Shown here in pieces: positions 29,997 to 37,844 of a stretch of 64,000 nucleotides of DNA. The DNA is from Candidatus Borrarchaeum weybense (lineage in GTDB: Archaea > Asgardarchaeota > Sifarchaeia > Borrarchaeales > Borrarchaeaceae), in contig JAHQJS010000003.1 of assembly GCA_019057385.1 (NCBI GenBank), positions 1 to 64,000 of the forward strand. The letters are read 5' to 3'. Positions within the stretch are counted from its first letter, which is position 1, and every line of letters starts with the position of its first letter. The notes beneath the pieces are model-generated. The model made no database searches. It was not told the origin of the DNA and saw nothing but the letters and a program-made list of their open reading frames with translations. The position numbers and the translations under genes were made by a program.

Positions 29997-31403
29997 TTGA
30001 GAAAGAGCGAGGATGAGAAGATATTGTGTGCCTCAAAAACGAGAAAAGAATATCGAATTAAAATAGTCGTTGCTGGAGACGGGGGAGTAGGCAAAACAAG
30101 CTTATTGAATCGATATGTTTCAGACACATTTTTAACAGCAATGAAGATGACTATTGGCACAGACTTCTTTTCTAAAGTTATGGAAAGAGATAATAGTGTA
30201 GTTAAACTTCAACTGTGGGATTTTGGTGGTGAAAAACGGTTTCGCTTCCTTCTTCCTGGTTATTGCAAGGGCGCCCGTGGCGTGTTATTGGCATTTGACC
30301 TGAATGATTTTACGACATTAATGAGTTTAGATGAATGGATCCAGATTGTTAAGGAAAACACAACAGATCCTAAAATACTTCTTGTGGGAACTAAAGTAGA
30401 TATCGCGGGAGGAGTCACGGAAGAGGAATTCATTAGAGATTTTTGTGAAAAGCATAATATACATGAATTCATCCCAACAAGCTCAAAAACTGGAGAAAAC
30501 GTGGATTTTGTCTTCCAAGAATTAGTTGATCGAATCCTCGCGCCTTTAATTCCTGAAATTCCTCTTGTACCTATTACTCCACCTGAGATCCTTGAACCTA
30601 CTACCCCTCTGGAAGCCCCCGAACCTATTACTCCACCTGAGATCCTTGAACCTACTACCCCTCTGGAAGCCCCCGAACCTATTACTCCACCTGAGATCCC
30701 CGAACCTATCGCTCCACCTGAAATCTCTAAGCCCATTATCCCACCTGAAATACCCGAACCTATCACTACTCCACCTGAGATCCCCGAACCTATCGCTCCA
30801 CCTGAGATACCTAAGCCCATTATCCCACCTGAAATACCCGAACCTATCACTACTCCACCTGAGATCCCCGAACCTATTATCCCATCTGAAGTCTCTGAAC
30901 CTACCCCTCCACCTGAGATACCTAAGCCTATTATCCCACCTAAGATCCCCGAACCCACCCCTCCACCTGTAATACCTGAACCTACTCCTCCACCCGAGAT
31001 CCCTGAGCCCATTACACCACGTGTAATTCCTGAACCTACCCCTCCACCTGAGATACCTAAGCCTATTATCCCACCTGAAATCCCCGAATCTATCCCTGTC
31101 CCAATTCTATCGGATATAGAATTTACCCTTGAACCTGGTGAAAACAAAGATTGGAAAATCAAACTTTATGTATTATCAAGAGGTGGGTTTGGTCTTCGTG
31201 CACTTAAATTTCTAAAGAATCAGTCTATTGAATTTGAGTATGTATTTGTAGACGAGTTAGACGAAAAGGTTGCAAATGAATTACGTGGAATATTGAAAGA
31301 GAAATATGGCCGACATGTTTCCTATCCTTTCCTTATTATTGATGACAAAAAGTGCTTAGTTGGTTTTGACGAAACTGAATACTATTCAATTTTTGGCAAG
31401 TAA
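29997..31403 (+). CDS. Rab/Ras-like small GTPase fused through a Pro-rich repeat linker to a glutaredoxin-like domain lacking CxxC
   Basis: G1 GDGGVGKT, G2 TIG, G3 WDFGG, G4 TKVD, G5 SSK; about 180-aa PEP repeats; C-terminal LYVLSRGGFGLRALKFL...VSYPFLII...VGFD. Confidence 0.88.
   Translation: MRKSEDEKILCASKTRKEYRIKIVVAGDGGVGKTSLLNRYVSDTFLTAMKMTIGTDFFSKVMERDNSVVKLQLWDFGGEKRFRFLLPGYCKGARGVLLAFDLNDFTTLMSLDEWIQIVKENTTDPKILLVGTKVDIAGGVTEEEFIRDFCEKHNIHEFIPTSSKTGENVDFVFQELVDRILAPLIPEIPLVPITPPEILEPTTPLEAPEPITPPEILEPTTPLEAPEPITPPEIPEPIAPPEISKPIIPPEIPEPITTPPEIPEPIAPPEIPKPIIPPEIPEPITTPPEIPEPIIPSEVSEPTPPPEIPKPIIPPKIPEPTPPPVIPEPTPPPEIPEPITPRVIPEPTPPPEIPKPIIPPEIPESIPVPILSDIEFTLEPGENKDWKIKLYVLSRGGFGLRALKFLKNQSIEFEYVFVDELDEKVANELRGILKEKYGRHVSYPFLIIDDKKCLVGFDETEYYSIFGK
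30570..31100 (+). repeat. Coding Pro/Glu/Ile-rich degenerate tandem repeats (about 27-bp period, with 54-bp and 84-bp higher-order duplications)
   Basis: PITPPEILEPTTPLEAPE x2; PEPIAPPEI(S/P)KPIIPPEIPEPITTPPEI x2. Confidence 0.9.
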
Positions 31404-31449
31404 TAAGCAACTAAAATAGATTTTTATTTAACACAAGTACATATTTTGA

Positions 31450-31800
31450 ATGGTGAGTGTTTTGACTGTATCCCAAAAGGAAAAAAATATTGAAGATGCA
31501 AAACTATTTGCTAAAATGACTGCTAAACATCAAGGATGGGAGTTAAATCACGATAAAGAACTTAACGAGTTGCTCTTTGAAGGTCTAACTACTAATTGGA
31601 ATCGATATGGATATTTTGCCTGTCCTTGTCGACTTGCCGATGGAGTTAGAGAAGAAGATAAGGATATTATCTGCCCTTGTGAGTATGCTAAACCTGATCT
31701 TGAAGAATATGGGCATTGTTATTGCGGTTTATATTTGACAAAAGAGTTTTTTGCGTCTGGCAAGCAATCTAAATATATCCCAGATCGCCGCCCTGAATAA
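31450..31800 (+). CDS. Ferredoxin:thioredoxin reductase catalytic-subunit family protein
   Basis: CPCR, ICPC, CYCGLY motifs. Confidence 0.92.
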   Translation: MVSVLTVSQKEKNIEDAKLFAKMTAKHQGWELNHDKELNELLFEGLTTNWNRYGYFACPCRLADGVREEDKDIICPCEYAKPDLEEYGHCYCGLYLTKEFFASGKQSKYIPDRRPE

Positions 31801-31815
31801 GTCCCTTTTGTACGA

Positions 31816-32184
31816 TTACTTGTTTGCCATTGTAAATTCTTCGACTGTTGGAAATTCAAAAGCTGATGCAAAATAAGTAGTTACTAGCTCCTCAAGGATC
31901 TCGGAGTCGTAGCTCCCACACACTCTCAAAAAGTCGGGAAAAATAACTGTTGGGCAGGCCACGATATCATGTTTCTCAGCTACCTCAGGCGTTTTTAAAA
32001 CGTCTATTTTAATCATTTTTATTGGCAACATTTTCCTATCTATAACTTCCAAAAGACATTGTTCCATTTTAGGACAAGGGCCGCATAAGGGGGAGGTAAA
32101 AAAGAAAATCTCCAGAAATGAATCGTAGTTATTACTTGAATCATGATTATGGCTTTTGATTTTTTCTTCATGAATGTTAGACAT
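31816..32184 (-). CDS. Thioredoxin-like protein (CGPC)
   Basis: FFTSPLCGPC...IDVLKTPEVAEKHDIVACPT. Confidence 0.85.
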   Translation of the reverse strand: MSNIHEEKIKSHNHDSSNNYDSFLEIFFFTSPLCGPCPKMEQCLLEVIDRKMLPIKMIKIDVLKTPEVAEKHDIVACPTVIFPDFLRVCGSYDSEILEELVTTYFASAFEFPTVEEFTMANK

Positions 32185-32539
32185 GACTTACACCACCAAT
32201 AGAAGTCATAGATGATTGATGTTTAAATTCTGAAGATGAGTAAAGCTTTACCAACTCGTCTAGCTCTTCTTCACAATTTCCATAGATTTTCATAAAATTT
32301 CGGAAAATTAGTGTAGGACATGCTACTATATTATGTTCTTCCGCTGCCTCAGGAGCTCTTAAAACATCTATTTTTGTTACTTTTATAGGCAATTCTCTTT
32401 GCTCAATTGCCTTTAGAAGTCGCCTCTCTAGTTTAGGTTGATGACTAGTAGGCGAAGTGAAGAACAGAATTTCTAGATTCGGATCTTGATTATGATTTTC
32501 ATACTCTGCTAGATTGTTCGACATTTTTAACCCCACCAA
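32177..32539 (-). CDS. Thioredoxin/KaiB-like protein lacking CxxC (paralogue of the adjacent gene)
   Basis: FFTSPTSHQPKLE...IDVLRAPEAAEEHNIVACPTLIF. Confidence 0.78.
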   Translation of the reverse strand: MVGLKMSNNLAEYENHNQDPNLEILFFTSPTSHQPKLERRLLKAIEQRELPIKVTKIDVLRAPEAAEEHNIVACPTLIFRNFMKIYGNCEEELDELVKLYSSSEFKHQSSMTSIGGVSHV

Positions 32540-33152
32540 AACTCATTTCTCGGGCGATAACTCGCCGAATTAACTCTTTAAAGACAAAATCCACGTTTTT
32601 TCCTGTTTTGGAACTTGTTGGTATGTATTCGTCGATTTCGTTTTGTATACAAAACTCTTTAATAATTTCTTCATCCAAAAGATTTGTATTGTCTGCTTTC
32701 GTTCCAACAAGAATTGTTACGGGATTTTCGGTATTCCCCCTGATAAGTTGTAGCCATTCCTTAACACTTAGTAACGTGGAAAAATCTGATAGGTCAAAGG
32801 CCAATAACACGCCACTGGCGCCGATACAATAATCCGGCAAAATGAATCTAAATCGTGGCTCGCCTCCAAAATCCCATATTTGAATTTTTATTTTATGCTC
32901 CTTGAAATCACAGGCTTGACTGAAAAAGTCTGAACCAACTGTTAAACTCATGCTTTCAATAAAGTCATTTGAGATGTATCTGTTTAGTAAACTTGTTTTA
33001 CCTACTCCCCCGTCACCTGCGACAATTATTTTCATGCGATTATATTCCGTTTTCATTTTCGGACACTCTTCCAAAATAGTTTTCTCACCGTTTTCAATGC
33101 CAACGATGTTTAATGGGTTGTACAAAGACATTGTCGAAACTTTTTTCACCAC
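32499..33152 (-). CDS. Rab/Ras-like small GTPase
   Basis: GDGGVGKT, TVG, WDFGG, TKAD, SSKTG. Confidence 0.92.
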   Translation of the reverse strand: MVKKVSTMSLYNPLNIVGIENGEKTILEECPKMKTEYNRMKIIVAGDGGVGKTSLLNRYISNDFIESMSLTVGSDFFSQACDFKEHKIKIQIWDFGGEPRFRFILPDYCIGASGVLLAFDLSDFSTLLSVKEWLQLIRGNTENPVTILVGTKADNTNLLDEEIIKEFCIQNEIDEYIPTSSKTGKNVDFVFKELIRRVIAREMSFGGVKNVEQSSRV

Positions 33153-33156
33153 CTAG

Positions 33157-33258
33157 TCAGAAGGGAACAGGAAAAACATCTTCTTTGTAGAAGAGAAAAC
33201 GCTTTGTGTGATCTCTTTTATTCTCATCTATTTTTTTACTTAAATCATTCATTTCCAT
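33157..33258 (-). CDS. Putative 33-aa small protein
   Basis: SD AAGGAGA then ATG; MEMNDLSKKIDENKRDHTKRFLFYKEDVFPVPF*; fills the gap in the operon. Confidence 0.45.
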   Translation of the reverse strand: MEMNDLSKKIDENKRDHTKRFLFYKEDVFPVPF

Positions 33259-33291
33259 CTTGCTATCTCCTTTGATTCGTTCGTTTCCCAG

Positions 33292-33633
33292 TTATGAAGC
33301 GAGGAAAAGTGTTGTAGCATCGGATGTCAAAAGAGCTTTCTCATTTCTTTGCATCAAATCGAGGAGCTTCGTCCTGTCAAGGACTCCTGACAAGAAAGCC
33401 TCTACACCAACGAAAATATCTGCGATTGCTGTCATAAATTGCGAAAACAGTTGATAATCACGCGGTAGTACTTGTTTCGCATCTACGACTTCCCAGAACC
33501 TGTAGATGTATTCTTTTAACGGATTTAAAAGGTTTTTAAGATATATATCTGCATATTTTCCGTCTTCCTTGAAACCAACTTCCACGATTTTTCCAAACAC
33601 GTTTTTAAGCACATCTTGTATATCCCATTCCAT
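33292..33633 (-). CDS. Hypothetical helical protein
   Basis: ATG 33633 after GGGGTGA SD; 113 aa. Confidence 0.65.
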   Translation of the reverse strand: MEWDIQDVLKNVFGKIVEVGFKEDGKYADIYLKNLLNPLKEYIYRFWEVVDAKQVLPRDYQLFSQFMTAIADIFVGVEAFLSGVLDRTKLLDLMQRNEKALLTSDATTLFLAS

Positions 33634-33925
33634 GCGCGTCACCCCAGCAAATTTTGATTTTTTGGTTGCCGCGATCGAAATTTTTTTGAAGAAAAAATTT
33701 TTTCATCGCGAAGCCAATCAAAAGAAGAAACGCATCAAACCTTGATAAATTCTGTCCCAATCTTTTGTTTTCTGTGCGGAGAAGATGCGTCTGCAATTCT
33801 TAACATTAATAGGTAATACGGTAATGTTCCCAAAATTGCATATTCATTTTACAAAATCACAAAAAGCCTATGACATGTTTATGAGTTTGGAAAAATTGAG
33901 TAAAAATCATAGAGCGAAAAAACAA

Positions 33926-35041
33926 CTATACCTTTTTCAGCAGATTCATCAACACTCTTGGAATTTCGGAGTGTGAATGAACTTTTGCATAACGTCCTTT
34001 TCCAAATCTTGCCAGATCTTTACATATATGTTCTCCTTTTTTTCTGGCAGAGTTTTGGGAAGGCGACTGGATGACATGAAGTTTTTGGAAACTACGGGCA
34101 AATGGTCTGGGATCTCCTCCTTTATTGTATTCTCCGTCCGTTACAATAATGCCCCATTTTCGTGGATTCTGCCTTTTTTTCTCTAATTCTTTTAGTCCTT
34201 CTTTTAAAGCTGCTTCTATATTGGTGTATCCAGCGGGTTCCATGTCAAGAATTCCTTCAATCAACTCGGAAATTTCAGTATTCGCATCTATTTTTTTGAT
34301 AGTATTTGCGTCATTATTGAAAATAATCACTGAATATTCATCCTTATGCATATGATGCGACAGTACTGCGACTGTAAGACACGCGTTTACCAGCTTTTCA
34401 CCATACATCGACCCTGAGGTATCTAACATCAACACGCCTGTCTTTTTTCGTTCGGTTTTTTCTATGCCTACGATGTCGCTATATTTAAGATGTTCTGAAT
34501 TCTGTTCCAAGAAGCGATCAATAGTTTCTTCCACAGAGAACTCAGACATTCCAGGCACATATATAGTATCCCTCTTTAGATCGCCTCTTAATCCCCGCCC
34601 ACTTATCCGCATAGCGGATTTTATGATAAAATTTCGCGTTAATCTCCGAAAAATCGGGAGATATCCTTGAGAAAATGACTTCTTAAGGAGAAAGAATAAC
34701 TCGGGAATGGCTTCTGAACTCTTCTGAATATTATTGGAAAATAATTCAACACCATCTTTAGAAGATAATGTATCAGCTACAGCTCGTTGACTGCACATTG
34801 AGAGCCCTAGAAGAGCAGAAAGATTCTCATTTTGAATGGCAGTTTCAGCAAGTCGAGAGATCGTGCTATAGGGAAGACCTTCTGCCAACTGAGAATAAGA
34901 TTTTGGAGATTTTTTGGATCCGGCTGCAATTTCAGATTCTAAGATATCTTCTTTTGAGAAATTCCATGATGGAGAAAATTCTTTTTGTGATACATCATCA
35001 AGGACATCTGGTTGAAATGAAAATGTCCTCTCCTGTTCTAA
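33926..35041 (-). CDS. VWA domain protein (probably the C-terminal part of a frameshifted MoxR-VWA fusion)
   Basis: MIDAS DTSGSM...GYTN...VTDG; frame is open for 51 codons upstream of the first TTG (34888) and overlaps the MoxR stop. Confidence 0.85.
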   Translation of the reverse strand, partial: LEQERTFSFQPDVLDDVSQKEFSPSWNFSKEDILESEIAAGSKKSPKSYSQLAEGLPYSTISRLAETAIQNENLSALLGLSMCSQRAVADTLSSKDGVELFSNNIQKSSEAIPELFFLLKKSFSQGYLPIFRRLTRNFIIKSAMRISGRGLRGDLKRDTIYVPGMSEFSVEETIDRFLEQNSEHLKYSDIVGIEKTERKKTGVLMLDTSGSMYGEKLVNACLTVAVLSHHMHKDEYSVIIFNNDANTIKKIDANTEISELIEGILDMEPAGYTNIEAALKEGLKELEKKRQNPRKWGIIVTDGEYNKGGDPRPFARSFQKLHVIQSPSQNSARKKGEHICKDLARFGKGRYAKVHSHSEIPRVLMNLLKKV

Positions 35042-35047
35042 AAATCC
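35000..35047 (-). promoter_or_regulatory. Candidate -1 ribosomal frameshift signal (G_GAU_UUU heptamer + UAG + 10-bp hairpin)
   Basis: GGG GAT TTT TAG at the MoxR end; stem GAGGACATTT/AGATGTCCTT starting 10 nt downstream. Confidence 0.6.
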
Positions 35048-35886
35048 CCCAATACATATCCTACGATTTCTCGTATAACATCTTCAACCGATTTCTCTAA
35101 TCCATCCTCAAGTTCGATCTTGGTTGCCAACGCCATAATTGCGCTGCTTACCCAATCTTCATACGTTGGGGAGTCATAAAATCGAATAATGTTTGCGAGA
35201 TCAATAGCACCTCTAACTGAGGACCCTCGTCGAAGGTCAGCATAACCTCTTGTAGTACGCACAATTGCGACTACTTTTTTGATGGTATCTTCATCTTCAC
35301 ATTGGGATTGGAGTTTCACAATTCGTCTTTCTTCCTCTTCATCTTGGAAATCTAATTTGACCCATACAAATCGGTCTCTTAGAGCTTCACAAAGAGAAGT
35401 TGTGCCAATAAATTCTTCAGGATTTTGAGTAGCAATTATCTGAAAACCGTTTTCTCCTGTAACTGTTCCAAGTTTGGGAATAATGATTTGCCGTTCATCA
35501 AGAGCAGGTAAAAGCACGTTTTGCGTGCCCTCTGGAAGTCTATTAGCCTCATTAATAAATAAAATTGCGCCAGCCTGCATAGCTTCAGTTAAAGGACCAG
35601 GCACAAAAGAATTCCACGTCCATCCTTCTTTAACAACTAATGGAGGGTCGAATATACCAGTCAATTTCGTTTCTGTAAAACGTTCGTCACCATCGACCCT
35701 CAGGAAGTCTTTGTTAAAATGTGATGCCACAGCTTTTGCTAAAGTTGTTTTTCCAACTCCAACTGACCCTTCAATAAGAGCATGTTGTCCAGCAAGATGA
35801 GCTATGACCACTTTCTTGAGTTCATGCTCTCTTCCAACGATATCATAATTGGTTTGGATCTCTTGGGCTATTTCGTTAACATTCAT
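35038..35886 (-). CDS. MoxR-family AAA+ ATPase
   Basis: Walker A GSVGVGKT, FVPGPL, Walker B LFINEANR, ATQNP, ALRDRF, SVRGAID. Confidence 0.92.
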   Translation of the reverse strand: MNVNEIAQEIQTNYDIVGREHELKKVVIAHLAGQHALIEGSVGVGKTTLAKAVASHFNKDFLRVDGDERFTETKLTGIFDPPLVVKEGWTWNSFVPGPLTEAMQAGAILFINEANRLPEGTQNVLLPALDERQIIIPKLGTVTGENGFQIIATQNPEEFIGTTSLCEALRDRFVWVKLDFQDEEEERRIVKLQSQCEDEDTIKKVVAIVRTTRGYADLRRGSSVRGAIDLANIIRFYDSPTYEDWVSSAIMALATKIELEDGLEKSVEDVIREIVGYVLGDF

Positions 35887-36111
35887 TTTTCTATTTCACC
35901 TAAGCTGTATGAAATTCATATTGTCATAAAATTCTTACAATTTTGGTTATTGTAGTCGAGTTCCAAATGTTTGTAACGGAACTGATTAAAAACATTTTGC
36001 ATTATTCGAAAAGCGTTTCTTAGTATCCAATTCTTCCCTGAAAAGAAACGTACCTGATTTAAAATACAAAAGAAACTATCTTATGCCTGTATTTAACAAA
36101 GATTTAATTAA

Positions 36112-36642
36112 CTAAGAAGCTGAAGTACCATTCTCAATTGTGCGTCTTAATTTCAGCAGTTTTTCCTCAAGTGTCGATACTATTTGTTCGTTTTGTTGAT
36201 GGTTTAGCACTCCACCACAAGTTGGACATTTAAATGAATTTTCTACAGCTTGATTGAATGTACAGCGAGGGCAAGTTGGTGTCGAGCATTCAAAAAACAT
36301 GTTCATTTGCTCGTATGAGAGCCGATCTTCAAGTATTTTTAGCACTTGTCTCTTTCGTTTCAGTAACAGTTCTTTTACGCGGTCAGGAACCAATTTCCAA
36401 TAATATACGAACCATCCAGTATTCTGATCTCGCGTTCTCCTATACGCAGCTAACTGATTATCATACAATTTATAGAGGATTTTCCTTACAACGTTTAATC
36501 TGAGTTCAGTTTCTGAAGCAATTTCTTCATCTGTTATTTCTTGTTCTTCAGATAAGATCTCAATTATCTGGAGTGCGTCATTGCCTCCGATCTCTTCTAC
36601 GAAGGTATTAAGTATATCTTGGTGCTTTGTCTCTTGCTGGAT
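36112..36642 (-). CDS. tfe: Transcription factor E alpha subunit (non-canonical start, probably ATC at 36642)
   Basis: ITDEEIA..TELRLNVVRKILYKLYD...R.RD..TGWFVYYW and Zn ribbon C..C...CPTCG; the winged-helix N-half lies upstream of the first TTG. Confidence 0.9.
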   Translation of the reverse strand: MQQETKHQDILNTFVEEIGGNDALQIIEILSEEQEITDEEIASETELRLNVVRKILYKLYDNQLAAYRRTRDQNTGWFVYYWKLVPDRVKELLLKRKRQVLKILEDRLSYEQMNMFFECSTPTCPRCTFNQAVENSFKCPTCGGVLNHQQNEQIVSTLEEKLLKLRRTIENGTSAS

Positions 36643-36654
36643 CTTCGATTCCTC

Positions 36655-36735
36655 CTAGAAGCGGTAGCTAAACCGCCTTTTTTTCTGGACGTCAATGAAC
36701 GCCATGTAGCTTTCCTTGAAATACCCCCATCTCAT
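36655..36735 (-). other. Upstream ORF (26 aa) in frame with tfe, ending in TAG
   Basis: ATG 36735 MRWGYFKESYMAFIDVQKKRRFSYRF*; TATA-like TTTAAA at 36753-36758. Confidence 0.45.
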
Positions 36736-37204
36736 AGTATACGATGTTAAAGTTTAAATGTCTTTTATTAGGAGTAATCGCACTATTGTAATGATCTATT
36801 AGGACAATTATGGATTCTCATATCTTTAGTTGTGTGTTAATAACCACGATTTTGGGAGAATAGCAACTTAGATCAAGAAATTCTATGTATCCAGAGTTTT
36901 GCTTAATAGAAAAAATCTGACATAATAGTGGTAAATAGTAAGAAGTTCACAGAAATAAGATCTTATAGCGCGTTCTAGAAAAAAAATTCCGTCAATGCCT
37001 GAAAAGGTAGTCAATCATATTTATTAAAACGCAGGTAGCGACATGTTTCCTTGCAGATAAGAGCAATTTGCTTTTTTCAATTGAACAAATGATCGCTTTT
37101 ATTTCACTACATTTTGATATAGTGATATTTTTTATTATACTGGTTCAATATTCTTTAAAAAACACGATGTTTCTTAAAGTTCAGCGAGTATAACTTTACC
37201 TTTG

Positions 37205-37762
37205 TCAAGAATTGCACTCCATCACGCGTTTACCTCGTGCAGTCGGAATTATTTTTAATTTAGCCCCCTTAAATTGTATACTTCCCCTAACAGCGTTTCC
37301 TTCGAATAATCGATCCAAAAAAATGCAAAGGGCTGCGATTTCAGAATGTGGCTGGTTCGTAACAGCAACATTATACTCCGATATCTGGTAAATCTCTCCG
37401 GGTACCTTTTCTGAACCTACAATGATTAGTTTTTTCTTTGGTGATTGCTTTATCCCTTCGATAACTTCAGGAAGTGGAAGCCCATACATCGTTAAATGAA
37501 TAACCTCTCCTCCCTTAGTTTGCCATCTTTCAATTATATCACTCCATGAGCCCCCCATTTCAACAAAGAATGGTCCTCCGAATCGTTCTACTACTCCCTC
37601 TATATTAACTTTAAGTTCTTTATCAGTTGTATCGAAGAATATCCCATCCGCTCCAAATGCTCTGGCAACAAGCGCGGTATGTGTGCTAACTCGCTTATCA
37701 CGTGCGGGACGATGACCATATCGTAAAATTGCGACTTCTTTCGACAAATTTATCCCTTCCAA
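37205..37762 (-). CDS. trm56: tRNA (cytidine56-2'-O)-methyltransferase
   Basis: LRYGHRPARDKRVSTH, HLTMYG, VGSEKVP, NQPHSE. Confidence 0.95.
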   Translation of the reverse strand: MEGINLSKEVAILRYGHRPARDKRVSTHTALVARAFGADGIFFDTTDKELKVNIEGVVERFGGPFFVEMGGSWSDIIERWQTKGGEVIHLTMYGLPLPEVIEGIKQSPKKKLIIVGSEKVPGEIYQISEYNVAVTNQPHSEIAALCIFLDRLFEGNAVRGSIQFKGAKLKIIPTARGKRVMECNS

Positions 37763-37844
37763 CAGAATATTAGGATCAGTCTAATAATATTTTTAAGTTA
37801 TTCATTCTAAGTTAAACAAATGCAAACAAAAGTGTGAAACCTGG

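Noticed and set aside
30260-31162. 300-aa Gly/Ile/Ser-rich antisense ORF and the 135-aa Leu-rich alternate-frame ORF
   Set aside because: These are shadows of the Pro-rich repeat in the GTPase fusion.
31182-32460. Selenocysteine (UGA) explaining the missing Cys in the Grx/Trx domains
   Set aside because: The codons are sense Gly/Thr/Ser/His codons; there is no in-frame TGA.
33605-33796. 63-aa ORF as a frameshifted N-terminus of the 33292-33633 gene
   Set aside because: The downstream gene has its own SD and ATG, and there is no motif support for the extension.
31816-35886. A Kai-type circadian clock
   Set aside because: There is no KaiC/RecA-type ATPase in the window; the ATPase is MoxR-type, so only the KaiB-like motif is reported.
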